A stretch of DNA of 64,000 nucleotides. Origin: an uncultured Candidatus Saccharibacteria bacterium. Lineage in GTDB: Bacteria > Patescibacteriota > Minisyncoccia > SW-4-49-11. The stretch spans positions 68,886-132,885 of the forward strand of contig CAZPCB010000002.1 of the NCBI GenBank assembly GCA_964585065.1, written 5' to 3'. The notes beneath the pieces are model-generated. The model was not told the DNA's origin, made no database searches, and saw nothing but the letters and a program-made list of their open reading frames with translations. Of the stretch, positions 16,663-26,288 are shown piece after piece (the first letter of the stretch is position 1; the number at the start of each line of letters is the position of its first letter). The position numbers and the translations under genes are program-made.

Positions 16663-17649
16663 TTAAATAAGTCGATATAAAGCTTCAGCTAATTTCAAGG
16701 GATCATGACGGATTAAAGTGCGCCGTATAGGGTCTTTTTTATTTGGACTGATAAATATAGTGTCTGCAATAAGATCCTCGCCAATAAGGGTGGTTTTGCC
16801 GAGCTTAGGTGATTTAGAGTCTCTTACAACAGGTTCTCCTTCTTCTTTATATTTCTCCACCAATTCTTTATTAGGTTGTGTAGTATTATATAGTGCTATA
16901 TCAATTACTTCTGCCCCAATAAATCGATGTAATTCATTAATATGATCTTCAACTGACCAATTATTGGAATGCCCTACTTTGGACATTAAATTAACATTAT
17001 ACAAAATTTGGGCTGAAGTTTTAGTCAAAGCTTCTCTCATACCAGGTACAATCATATTGGGAGCTAGGCTGCAATAAAAATTTCCTGGTCCAATAATAAC
17101 GCTATCTGCTTTCATAATAGCATCATAAGCCTTTGGATTAATTTCTGTCTCAGGAGTTAATTCAATTTGCGTAACAGTATGTTTGGAGAGGATTTCAGAT
17201 GAAGAAATACAATCTTCTCCTAATAAAATATCTCCATTTCCAAGAGTAAGAGATAAATGAACATTTTCCGTAGTTACGGGGATAACTTGGCCTCTAATCG
17301 ACAAGATATTACTTGCGGTTTTGATGGCCTCTTCAAAATTCCCTGTTACTTTTTCAAGGGCAGATAAAAATAAATTTCCAAAATTATGCCCAGATAATTC
17401 CCCAGAGTCAAATCGATAATTGAATAATTCTCTCAATATTTCAGGAGATTCAGCTAGAGCAACCAGACATTGGCGGGCATCTCCCGGAGGAAGAACACCC
17501 AATTCATCCCTCAATTTACCAGTAGAACCCCCATTATCAGCCATAGTTACAATAGCCTGAAGATTGAGATTATGGAATACTTTAAGTCCCGATAATACGG
17601 TAAAGCTTCCTGTACCTCCACCAATAACAACAATATTTTTGAATGGCAT
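16663..17649 (-). CDS. YvcK/CofD-family (UPF0052, gluconeogenesis factor-like) protein
   Basis: N-terminal IVVIGGGTGSFTVLSGLK and overall YvcK-like layout, 328 aa. Confidence 0.75.
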   Translation of the reverse strand: MPFKNIVVIGGGTGSFTVLSGLKVFHNLNLQAIVTMADNGGSTGKLRDELGVLPPGDARQCLVALAESPEILRELFNYRFDSGELSGHNFGNLFLSALEKVTGNFEEAIKTASNILSIRGQVIPVTTENVHLSLTLGNGDILLGEDCISSSEILSKHTVTQIELTPETEINPKAYDAIMKADSVIIGPGNFYCSLAPNMIVPGMREALTKTSAQILYNVNLMSKVGHSNNWSVEDHINELHRFIGAEVIDIALYNTTQPNKELVEKYKEEGEPVVRDSKSPKLGKTTLIGEDLIADTIFISPNKKDPIRRTLIRHDPLKLAEALYRLI

Positions 17650-17798
17650 GAATGTTAACTATATGATAATTGTGGATAACTTGTGTATAAGTGGTACTTA
17701 TTCACAAATTATCCATATATTTTAGATATGATATTATTATAGTAGCATAATATATGCTTCCTGAATACAGAAATTCTGAATACCGATAAAGAAAAGAA

Positions 17799-19058
17799 AT
17801 GAAAAAGGTAAGTATATCAATAGTATTGGGGTTAATAGGAATTAGTATTCCTTTTTTAGTACGCACAACCCTTATAGCCTATCCATTACAAGGAGTTAAT
17901 TCCCCCTATCTTACAATATATCTATATAGTTTGGATATATTACTTTTACTGATGTGGGGATATTTTTTGTTCACTGCAAAAAAACTACCATTTAGTCACA
18001 ATAATATTGTGGATAAGTTGTGGGTAATTTTATTTTTTCTTCTCATTTTTCGTGGAATATATACCGAATATCCCCTTATAAGCTGGGTATATGTAGTTAG
18101 ATTATATTTGGGTATAAGTATTGTTTGGTATATCTCTCGATTACAGAATTGGGGCAATTCTTTGGGTTTGATTGCTGAAGGATTTGTTATTGGAATGTTT
18201 GGGCAGACAATAATTGCTATTACTCAAAGTATATTACAAAAGAGTCTTAATTTACCATTAGTTGTCGAGCCGGCCCTATCCCCACTTTTAGCAGGAATAT
18301 CCAAAACTATCATCAATGGAGATGTATTTATTCGGGCATATGGAACTTTTCCTCACCCTAATATCTTGGCTTTTGCTGGTCTTGTGGCATTGCTTATCAT
18401 ATACGCTCCTATATTTACTCGAAAACAATCATTGCTATTATATGCTTGTATTCTTCTAGTTATTGGATTTGTGGATCATTATCTACTCACATCTATACAG
18501 GCATTTACTATTACTATACTTACGGTATTATATCTTGGATATGGGAAAAGCATACAATTTCCCCAATGGTTTATTCGAGTAAGTGTTTGGTCTCTGCATA
18601 TACTTATTCTATTAGCATTCTCTAAAACTGCTTTTATACTTGCTCTTATACTAGATATTATATATTTGACATTAGCAAGAAATTCTCAATTGTTCCACGT
18701 GGAACAATTTCAAAATAATATCCGAAGTATAGGAAGAATAGTATTGAGGGTTGGTGCTTTGGGAATATTGTTAATTACTCTCATTATCCCTTATCCCCAA
18801 ATTATCGCAACAATATCTAAAAGGATTAATTATATGGCAGATGCTTGGCAAATGATTATGAATAATTGGTTTTGGGGTGTTGGACTGGGGCAATATGTTG
18901 CTAATCTCCCGAGCGGGGGTAGAGAATTCTGGCAATATGAGCCTGTACATAATATTATACTTTTGCTTTGGAGTGAAATTGGGTTATTGGGACTAGGTCT
19001 TCTTATTGCTATTATTATATTAGAGTATTATACGAGAACTTATGGATACAAAAAATAA
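17799..19058 (+). CDS. O-antigen ligase/polymerase (Wzy_C/PglL-like) family polytopic membrane protein
   Basis: About 10-12 TM helices; periplasmic-loop region WQMIMNNWFWGVGLGQYVAN typical of O-antigen ligase domain. Confidence 0.55.
   Translation: MKKVSISIVLGLIGISIPFLVRTTLIAYPLQGVNSPYLTIYLYSLDILLLLMWGYFLFTAKKLPFSHNNIVDKLWVILFFLLIFRGIYTEYPLISWVYVVRLYLGISIVWYISRLQNWGNSLGLIAEGFVIGMFGQTIIAITQSILQKSLNLPLVVEPALSPLLAGISKTIINGDVFIRAYGTFPHPNILAFAGLVALLIIYAPIFTRKQSLLLYACILLVIGFVDHYLLTSIQAFTITILTVLYLGYGKSIQFPQWFIRVSVWSLHILILLAFSKTAFILALILDIIYLTLARNSQLFHVEQFQNNIRSIGRIVLRVGALGILLITLIIPYPQIIATISKRINYMADAWQMIMNNWFWGVGLGQYVANLPSGGREFWQYEPVHNIILLLWSEIGLLGLGLLIAIIILEYYTRTYGYKK
18688..18709. repeat. 22-bp perfect palindrome AATTGTTCCACGTGGAACAATT inside the O-antigen-ligase-like CDS (copy 2 of 3)
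   Basis: Direct reading; encodes LFHVEQF in frame. Confidence 0.5.
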
Positions 19059-19428
19059 AGGTAGTCTTGGGGAGAGATTGGCAATAAAGTTTTTATTATC
19101 CAAGGGGTTTGAAATTATAGATCAGAATGTACGGCTGGGTAAATTATCCGAGCTTGATATTGTTGCAACCCAAAATAAGGTTCTACATATTATAGAAGTT
19201 AAAACTGTGTATAAATGTGGAAAACTTGTGGAAAACCTCGAATTTCCGATATATAATATTACTCCACGCAAAGTACAGCATCTTAAAAAGGGGGCTCAAA
19301 TCTATGTGCAGAAGCAGAAATTAGAGAATATGGATATCACTATCGATGCGATTGGCTGTATTGTGGACAATTGTCATCGTAAAAGTTATATTAGATTTTA
19401 TCCCAATATACTAGAGGGCCTTGACTAG
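19042..19428 (+). CDS. yraN: YraN/UPF0102 family endonuclease-like protein
   Basis: GERLAIKFLLSKGFEIIDQNVRLGKLSELDIVA...IIEVKT matches UPF0102 signature; 17-nt overlap with upstream gene. Confidence 0.7.
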   Translation: MDTKNKGSLGERLAIKFLLSKGFEIIDQNVRLGKLSELDIVATQNKVLHIIEVKTVYKCGKLVENLEFPIYNITPRKVQHLKKGAQIYVQKQKLENMDITIDAIGCIVDNCHRKSYIRFYPNILEGLD

Positions 19429-19450
19429 AATGTTCCATGTGGAACATTCT
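19427..19450. promoter_or_regulatory. 24-bp perfect palindrome AGAATGTTCCATGTGGAACATTCT upstream of cfa (copy 3 of 3)
   Basis: Direct reading; overlaps yraN stop; about 95 nt upstream of cfa start. Confidence 0.5.
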
Positions 19451-19543
19451 ATGCATTGCAAAATTAAAATGATAGGAGTAATATGATGATAAGAGACCTT
19501 TGGGGGATAAGCTCCACTCTCATATGAATTAATATGTTTCATT

Positions 19544-20677
19544 ATGAATCGGATTGAGAATATTTTTAAAAAAGCATTGGCTTTGGGAGATATACAAATT
19601 AATGGTAATAGACCTTGGGATTTTCAAGTTAAAAACCCAGATATTTGGAATAGGATAATGAGAGATGGTTCCTTAGGTGTGGGAGAAGGGTATGTTGATG
19701 AGTGGTGGGATACTCCATCTTTAGATGAGCTTCTATTTCGTGTTAGAAAATATCGTGTATTGGAGGCCTTGTCCCAAGTATTTGATAAAAGTTGGAAAAA
19801 CCGTTTTTATGTAGTCAAAAGTAAGATGCTTAATTTACAAGACAAAATTAGAAGTAAACAAGTTGTAGAAGAGCATTATGATATAGGAAATGATTTGTAT
19901 CAGGCTATTCTGGACCCCTATATGCAATATACTTGTGGATATTGGAAAAATGCTAAGACTCTCAACCAAGCTCAGGAGGATAAATTAGATTTAATTTGCC
20001 GTAAATTGAAATTAGAAAAAGGAATGCGAATATTAGATATTGGCTGTGGTTGGGGTGGCTTTTTAAAGTTTGCCAGTGAGAAATATGGAGTAATTGGTAC
20101 TGGTATTACGATTTCCAAAGAACAAAAAGTATTTGCTGAGAAAATGGTTGCAGGGTTGCCAGTGGAGATTGTATTTAGTGATTATCGAGACTTTGGAGTT
20201 GAGCCATTTGACCGTATTGTTTCTGTTGGAATGATAGAACATGTAGGATATAAGAATTATAGAGAATATATGCAATGTGTAAATCGTAATTTAAAAGATG
20301 ATGGATTGGCTTTATTGCATACAATTGGGGATAGTGTCTCCACCACAATACCTGAAGCTTGGATGCATAAGTATATATTTCCAGGGGGGCAATTGCCTTC
20401 AATACAACAATTGTCAGGTGCGTGGGAAAACATATTAACAGTACAAGACATACATAATATCGGGCTTGATTATGACCCAACACTTATGGCTTGGTATGAT
20501 AATTTTAAACAATCCTGGCCAGATCTAAAGGAGAAATATGGAGAAAATTTTTATCGTATATGGGAATATTATCTTCTTAGTTGTGCGGGTAGTTTTAGAT
20601 CTGGATATCTCCAATTATGGCAAATTGTTCTTACAAAGCAATCTGGGAGATTAGAGCGTTACGATGCAATAAGATAA
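19544..20677 (+). CDS. cfa: Cyclopropane-fatty-acyl-phospholipid synthase family SAM-dependent methyltransferase
   Basis: ILDIGCGWGGFLKFASEKYG SAM motif, overall CFA synthase/mycolic acid MT fold, 377 aa. Confidence 0.8.
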   Translation: MNRIENIFKKALALGDIQINGNRPWDFQVKNPDIWNRIMRDGSLGVGEGYVDEWWDTPSLDELLFRVRKYRVLEALSQVFDKSWKNRFYVVKSKMLNLQDKIRSKQVVEEHYDIGNDLYQAILDPYMQYTCGYWKNAKTLNQAQEDKLDLICRKLKLEKGMRILDIGCGWGGFLKFASEKYGVIGTGITISKEQKVFAEKMVAGLPVEIVFSDYRDFGVEPFDRIVSVGMIEHVGYKNYREYMQCVNRNLKDDGLALLHTIGDSVSTTIPEAWMHKYIFPGGQLPSIQQLSGAWENILTVQDIHNIGLDYDPTLMAWYDNFKQSWPDLKEKYGENFYRIWEYYLLSCAGSFRSGYLQLWQIVLTKQSGRLERYDAIR

Positions 20678-20724
20678 GTTTATCTTGCCAAGCAATCAGA
20701 AATAATGTACAATAATTGAACACT

Positions 20725-20812
20725 GCTAGGGTGGCGGAATGGTAGACGCAACGGACTTAAAATCCGTCGGTGATTAAACACTGTGAGGGTTCGAGTCCCT
20801 CTCCTAGTACCA
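20725..20812 (+). tRNA. tRNA-Leu (anticodon TAA), long variable arm, CCA encoded
   Basis: GCTAGGG-TG-GCGGAATGGTAGACGC...ACGGA-CTTAAAA-TCCGT...GAGGG-TTCGAGT-CCCTC; 88 nt. Confidence 0.75.
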
Positions 20813-20854
20813 ATTATAGTAATAGCCCTTGAGGACAGAGCTATATGTAATGTA

Positions 20855-20884
20855 TAAAAATCCCAGCAATGGGATTTTTTATTT
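20855..20884 (+). terminator. Rho-independent terminator (ATCCCA-GCAA-TGGGAT + T6)
   Basis: Hairpin with A-run before and T-run after, downstream of tRNA-Leu. Confidence 0.7.
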
Positions 20885-20943
20885 AGAAGCTTTCAGGATT
20901 ATTTGATATAATAGATTCATAATAAAGATAATGACTGCAAGTT

Positions 20944-23493
20944 ATGCCTTCTCCGATGATGACTCAATTCTATGAATTAAAACAGGCATATCCTAATGAT
21001 ATTTTGTTCTTTCGTCTAGGGGATTTTTATGAAATGTTTGGAGAAGATGCTAAATTAGTAGCTCCTATCCTTGATTTGGTATTAACTTCTCGTAAAAATA
21101 CCATAGATGGGAATATTCCTATGTGCGGTGTACCGTACCATTCATCAGCTCAATATATTAAAAAGCTGATTCGTGCAGGATATTCAATAGCTATATGTGA
21201 GCAACAGGGTAATGCCTCAGAGATTAAGGGTTTAGTACCCCGTAAAGTAGTAAAAGTTATTACTCCAGGTACGGCTTTGTTAGAAGGTGAATCAGCGGAG
21301 TCACGGTATATTGCAAGTATTTATAAGGATAAAAAGGGTTTTTTTGTGGCTTTTGCTGATTTGGGTACGGGATTATTTGAAACAGGTCAATTTAACGAAA
21401 CTGATATTAGAGATATATTAAAATCTCGACAAGTAAAAGAAGTAATTATTCCAGAGAATGCTCATATTATCAATTTGATACAGGATTTAGGGATAAAAGT
21501 AGTATCAGAGTCGCGTTGGAATTTTCAATTAGCAAGAGCCAAGGAAGTATTGACTAAGCATTTTGCTATTAGTAATATGTCTGGTTTTGGATTTGATGCT
21601 GAGGATAATAGTCTTATACCAGCAGGAGCTCTACTATCTTATCTTGTCTATACACAACAAGAGGATTTACGGCATATTACTCGATTACAAGAAATGAGAC
21701 AATCTCAATATATGCAATTAGATGCTCAGACAATACAGAATTTAGAATTATTCCAGGTTAATCGGGCAAGTAATAAGGCCAAAAGTTTTTATCAGGCTAT
21801 TAATTATACCAAGACTGCACTCGGTATACGATTATTGCGTCAATGGATACTCAATCCTCTTCTTGATATACAGTATATTGAATTAAGGCAAAGCCATATC
21901 TCGGGTTATGTTGAGAACAATACCAAAAGACAAGAAGTAAGAGAAGTATTGGTTTCTATTGCAGATATTGAGAGATTATTGGCGAGACTTTCAAGTAATG
22001 TGGGAGGTCCAAGAGATATGCTGCGTTTGAATCAAAGCCTTAATTATATTGAAGAGATATTGAGTATAGACATCGAGGATTACACCCAATTAGCGAGTAA
22101 GGCCATACGAGAATTACAGCCTCTAAGAGAGAAACTTAGCAAGGCTTTACAGGAGACGGTACCACTTTTAGCTCGAGATGGAGGCTTTGTTGCAAGAGGC
22201 TACCGAGATGATATTGACTCTCTTCTTGACTTGAGTCAGGGAGGCAAGGACTGGTTATTAGATTTTCAAGCTCGCGAGCAACAAAGATCAGGAATTAATT
22301 CTCTTAAAGTAAAATATAATAAAGTATTTGGATATTATATTGAAATCAGTAATGCCTATAAACAAATCAGTCTCCCTGATAATTATATTAAAAAACAGAC
22401 TCTTGCTAATGCGGAGCGATATATTACCCCTGAATTAAAAGAGTTCGAAGAAAAAATATTAGCCTCAGAGGCTGATCTCTTGGCCCAAGAGCAAATAATA
22501 TTTGAGGAGCTTCGACAATTGATTTTGCAATATGTAAATGAAGTATATACATTATCAGAGACTATTGCCTATATTGACTGTATTCAATCAGGCGCTGAAC
22601 TTGCTACTCAGTGGCATTATATTTGCCCCCAAATACATAATGACAAAGATATTATAATAGAATCTGGCCGCCATCCGGTATTAGAGCAAATTGTATCAGA
22701 ATATATTCCGAATAATTGTGAATTGACTGAACCTAATCATTCGCTGATGTTAATCACAGGTCCTAATATGGGTGGTAAATCTACCTATATTAGGCAAATT
22801 GCATTAATAGTATTATTGGCTCAGATGGGTTATTATGTTCCGGCCGATAAAGCTCATATTGGTATTGCAGATAGAATATTTACGCGAGTTGGAGCTTCGG
22901 ATAATATGGGAGAGGGACAAAGTACCTTTATGGTAGAAATGTTGGAAGTTGCAAATATTTTGCATAATGCAACGGCCTCAAGTTTGATTATTCTGGATGA
23001 AGTGGGAAGAGGTACTTCTACCTATGATGGAATGAGTATAGCAAGAGGGCTTATTGAATATATTCATAATACTATTAGAGCCAGAACTTTATTTGCGACA
23101 CATTATCATGAATTATTGGGGCTGGAAAGTGAATTTAAGGGCGTGGTTAATTATCAGGTAAAAATTCAAGAATCAAATGGAGATATTGTGTTCCTCCATA
23201 GTATTGAAAAGGGTGGGGCTGATAAAAGTTATGGAATTGCAATAGCCCAGTTAGCAGGATTTCCCTCTGATGTGTTAGAATTAGCAAAGAAAGCTTTAGC
23301 TCAATATGAGCAAAAGAAATCCCAAATATCTTTTTTGCCAAGCACCCCGAATAATCCAATAATAGCCCTACACCCAGATATAGAAAAATATAAATCATTA
23401 TTACAAGATATTCATTCCTATAATCTCAATGACATAACCCCTTTAGATGCTTTGAGTATTCTGGCACAATTACAAGAGAACAATTCATTATGA
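20944..23493 (+). CDS. mutS: DNA mismatch repair protein MutS
   Basis: ITGPNMGGKSTYIRQ Walker A, STFMVEM, DEVGRGTSTYDG; 849 aa. Confidence 0.9.
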   Translation: MPSPMMTQFYELKQAYPNDILFFRLGDFYEMFGEDAKLVAPILDLVLTSRKNTIDGNIPMCGVPYHSSAQYIKKLIRAGYSIAICEQQGNASEIKGLVPRKVVKVITPGTALLEGESAESRYIASIYKDKKGFFVAFADLGTGLFETGQFNETDIRDILKSRQVKEVIIPENAHIINLIQDLGIKVVSESRWNFQLARAKEVLTKHFAISNMSGFGFDAEDNSLIPAGALLSYLVYTQQEDLRHITRLQEMRQSQYMQLDAQTIQNLELFQVNRASNKAKSFYQAINYTKTALGIRLLRQWILNPLLDIQYIELRQSHISGYVENNTKRQEVREVLVSIADIERLLARLSSNVGGPRDMLRLNQSLNYIEEILSIDIEDYTQLASKAIRELQPLREKLSKALQETVPLLARDGGFVARGYRDDIDSLLDLSQGGKDWLLDFQAREQQRSGINSLKVKYNKVFGYYIEISNAYKQISLPDNYIKKQTLANAERYITPELKEFEEKILASEADLLAQEQIIFEELRQLILQYVNEVYTLSETIAYIDCIQSGAELATQWHYICPQIHNDKDIIIESGRHPVLEQIVSEYIPNNCELTEPNHSLMLITGPNMGGKSTYIRQIALIVLLAQMGYYVPADKAHIGIADRIFTRVGASDNMGEGQSTFMVEMLEVANILHNATASSLIILDEVGRGTSTYDGMSIARGLIEYIHNTIRARTLFATHYHELLGLESEFKGVVNYQVKIQESNGDIVFLHSIEKGGADKSYGIAIAQLAGFPSDVLELAKKALAQYEQKKSQISFLPSTPNNPIIALHPDIEKYKSLLQDIHSYNLNDITPLDALSILAQLQENNSL

Positions 23494-25262
23494 TACAATT
23501 ATTACCCAAACACATAATTAATCAAATTGCAGCAGGAGAAGTTGTAGAGAGACCAGCATCTATTGTAAAAGAATTAATTGAGAATTCCCTAGATGCAGGA
23601 GCAACTGAGATTAGTATTGATATATTAGATGCCGGACTGACGGAAATTAGTATTAAAGATAATGGTATAGGTATTGAAAAGGCTGATTTTGATAAAGTGT
23701 TTCAAAGACATGCTACGAGTAAAATTCAAACCATAGAGGATTTACAAAAATTATCTACGATGGGATTTCGGGGGGAAGCTTTATCCAGTATTCAGGCTGT
23801 AGCTCAGGTTGAGCTTATTACTCGTACGGCTACAGAAGAGACGGGATATCAATATAATCCTCATACGAATGAGATTAAGCAAATTGCAAAACATCATACG
23901 GGAACAAGTATTATTATTCGTAATTTATTTTATAATGTCCCAGCTCGCAAAAAATTTCTCAAAACACATAATACAGAACTTGCCCATATTACTCGTATTA
24001 TTGAGGAAATTGCCTTAGTTCATCCTGAAGTTGCTTTTATATATACTTCTCAAAAGAGAGAACTTATTAATGTTTTAGCAAGCGATGCCTTATCACGAGT
24101 AATAGCAATTCTTAAAGTACAAGAATCAGAATATTTACTTCCTCTTGATTCACAACAGCATAATATACAAGCAAGAGGTTTTATTGGACATCCTCGTATT
24201 TCCAAAAAATCCCCACAATATCATATTTTTGTGAATAATAGACCCATTACACAGCCATTACTCACAAAAGCCATACAGCAAGGTTTTGATACTATGTTAG
24301 AAATAGGGCATTATCCCTTTGCTTTTGTGTCGCTATCTATTCCCTCTGATGAAGTGGATGTAAATGTACATCCTCGTAAAACCGAAGTTAAATTTATTGA
24401 TGAGAGAGCTATATTCCAAGCTCTAAAATATATTGTGAGGGATACTTTGCAAAAATCAGCATTTGAAGTGGTATTAAAACCTAAATCCTCAGTTTTTAAT
24501 ACTCCGAGTAATACAAACTATATTCCAAAAACATCTTCTAATACAGGTTTTGAAGGCTATCACCTCAAAGAGAGAACAGAGACCTCTCATATATCAGAAC
24601 CCCATATTGCTCAGTATAGCCATAAACAGCAGAGCATACCTAATCAATATTCTTTTGAAAAGCTACAGCCAAACTTTAGAGAATTATTAAAAGCCGACAC
24701 CCTAAAACCTCAATATCTTCATATTTTTGACACCTATATTGTATATCCCAATCAGCAAGGAATTATGATTCTGGATCAACATGCAGTACATGAAAAAGTT
24801 ATTCTTGAGCAATTAATGAATCAAGATGCCCCAATAACTTCTCAACAATTATTATTCCCTATTGCGCATAATGTACCTCAATCAGAAAAAGATACTACTA
24901 TTGAAGTATTATCTCAATTACCAGGTTTTGAGGTGGATGATTTTGGATCTGCTGAAATTATTATTCGAGCAATACCAGTATTCCTTGCTAAAACCCAAAA
25001 AGCGGAAGAACATATTGCCGGGCTTATTGCCCTTATTCAAGAGCGGGGGCATACTACAGATATCATGGAACTTAAAACTGAGTTACTTAAAACCATTGCC
25101 TGTAAATCAGCTATTAAAGCTGGATATGGTATGACAAAACCTGAAATAGAAGCCTTAATTCAGGATGCAGCTAAGACAGATTTTGGATTTGCATGCTGTC
25201 ATGGGCGCCCAACTATGGTACAATTAGATAAAGATTGGTTCGAAAAGCAATTTTCAAGATAA
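23490..25262 (+). CDS. mutL: DNA mismatch repair protein MutL
   Basis: GHKL ATPase N-term NQIAAGEVVERPASIVKELIENSLDAGAT, GFRGEAL; overlaps mutS stop. Confidence 0.9.
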   Translation: MIQLLPKHIINQIAAGEVVERPASIVKELIENSLDAGATEISIDILDAGLTEISIKDNGIGIEKADFDKVFQRHATSKIQTIEDLQKLSTMGFRGEALSSIQAVAQVELITRTATEETGYQYNPHTNEIKQIAKHHTGTSIIIRNLFYNVPARKKFLKTHNTELAHITRIIEEIALVHPEVAFIYTSQKRELINVLASDALSRVIAILKVQESEYLLPLDSQQHNIQARGFIGHPRISKKSPQYHIFVNNRPITQPLLTKAIQQGFDTMLEIGHYPFAFVSLSIPSDEVDVNVHPRKTEVKFIDERAIFQALKYIVRDTLQKSAFEVVLKPKSSVFNTPSNTNYIPKTSSNTGFEGYHLKERTETSHISEPHIAQYSHKQQSIPNQYSFEKLQPNFRELLKADTLKPQYLHIFDTYIVYPNQQGIMILDQHAVHEKVILEQLMNQDAPITSQQLLFPIAHNVPQSEKDTTIEVLSQLPGFEVDDFGSAEIIIRAIPVFLAKTQKAEEHIAGLIALIQERGHTTDIMELKTELLKTIACKSAIKAGYGMTKPEIEALIQDAAKTDFGFACCHGRPTMVQLDKDWFEKQFSR

Positions 25263-25268
25263 ATATTA

Positions 25269-25284
25269 ATATATATATATATAT
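25269..25284. repeat. (AT)8 microsatellite running into the ATG of the downstream gene
   Basis: Direct reading atatatatatatatat followed by g (ATG at 25283-25285). Confidence 0.9.
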
Positions 25285-26227
25285 GAATGAGAGCAAAGCC
25301 CTATATTTGGAAGGAATTATTCTTCTTCTATTCATGTGGACTATCAGCAGTGTTTTTGCAGCTGTTATTGGAGTAATATCAATAATTTGGGGAATTGTCC
25401 TAGCCTCAATTTTTGGTATCACATATGTTGGCTTCTTAGGCTGGTATGCTAGTATGAAAGTAGAAAACAAGCATTTAAAAGAATATAATAGTCATATAAA
25501 GAGATTAATGATAGGTCATTCGCTTATACTACTGATACCTATATTTGCATTTGATTTGATTACTAAATTTATTATTCTAGCTTCAATTTTTATTGGAGCT
25601 GGAATTATATCATCCGCTTTTCATAAGATTGAAGAGAGTGAAAGAGACCATATCCATTTCCGGGTAAAAACTATTATCATGCCACATACTAGACCCATTA
25701 TTATATGGCTTATGATGATAACGGCCATATTCATTTATGGAAATACCCTCAAAACAAATCCAAATGGAATTAGGTTAGATGAATCCTTTATATCAGTACA
25801 GGTTGAGGCTTGGAGTCCTGTCTTAAAACAAGTAGCTCCTGAATTAAATATACAAGGGTCAGTCGGTAATTATGTGGAAGGACAAGTTAAAGATCAATCA
25901 TTAGGAGCAAATGTTACTAATCAAGATCAAGAAGTAAAAAAACAAGTATCTGGATTATCAGAAAAATTTGGTATTCCTCTTAGTCCAGATACTCCTATTG
26001 TAAAAGCCTTTGTGAGTTATGTTAATAAATTCCTCGAACCTTGGATGAGTGGTCCAATTTGGGGTGCTATTGTATCTTTTGCGGTATACTTAATCCTTGC
26101 TCCTTTTGTGGGATTCTATCAAGTAGGAATTAGATGGGCTATTATGTATATTCATAAACAGGCTTTGGAAAGGAATATATTAAATCTGTATCTTAAAAGT
26201 CTTAATAAGGAAAGATACCGTATTTAG
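25283..26227 (+). CDS. Hypothetical polytopic membrane protein (315 aa; start taken at MNESKALYLEG rather than the upstream track start that overlaps mutL)
   Basis: Several TM helices in N-terminal half; no catalytic motif. Confidence 0.45.
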   Translation: MNESKALYLEGIILLLFMWTISSVFAAVIGVISIIWGIVLASIFGITYVGFLGWYASMKVENKHLKEYNSHIKRLMIGHSLILLIPIFAFDLITKFIILASIFIGAGIISSAFHKIEESERDHIHFRVKTIIMPHTRPIIIWLMMITAIFIYGNTLKTNPNGIRLDESFISVQVEAWSPVLKQVAPELNIQGSVGNYVEGQVKDQSLGANVTNQDQEVKKQVSGLSEKFGIPLSPDTPIVKAFVSYVNKFLEPWMSGPIWGAIVSFAVYLILAPFVGFYQVGIRWAIMYIHKQALERNILNLYLKSLNKERYRI

Positions 26228-26288
26228 CACTCTTCACAGATTACTGCTAATACGATATACTATTCAAGAGTAATTAACAATTATATTA

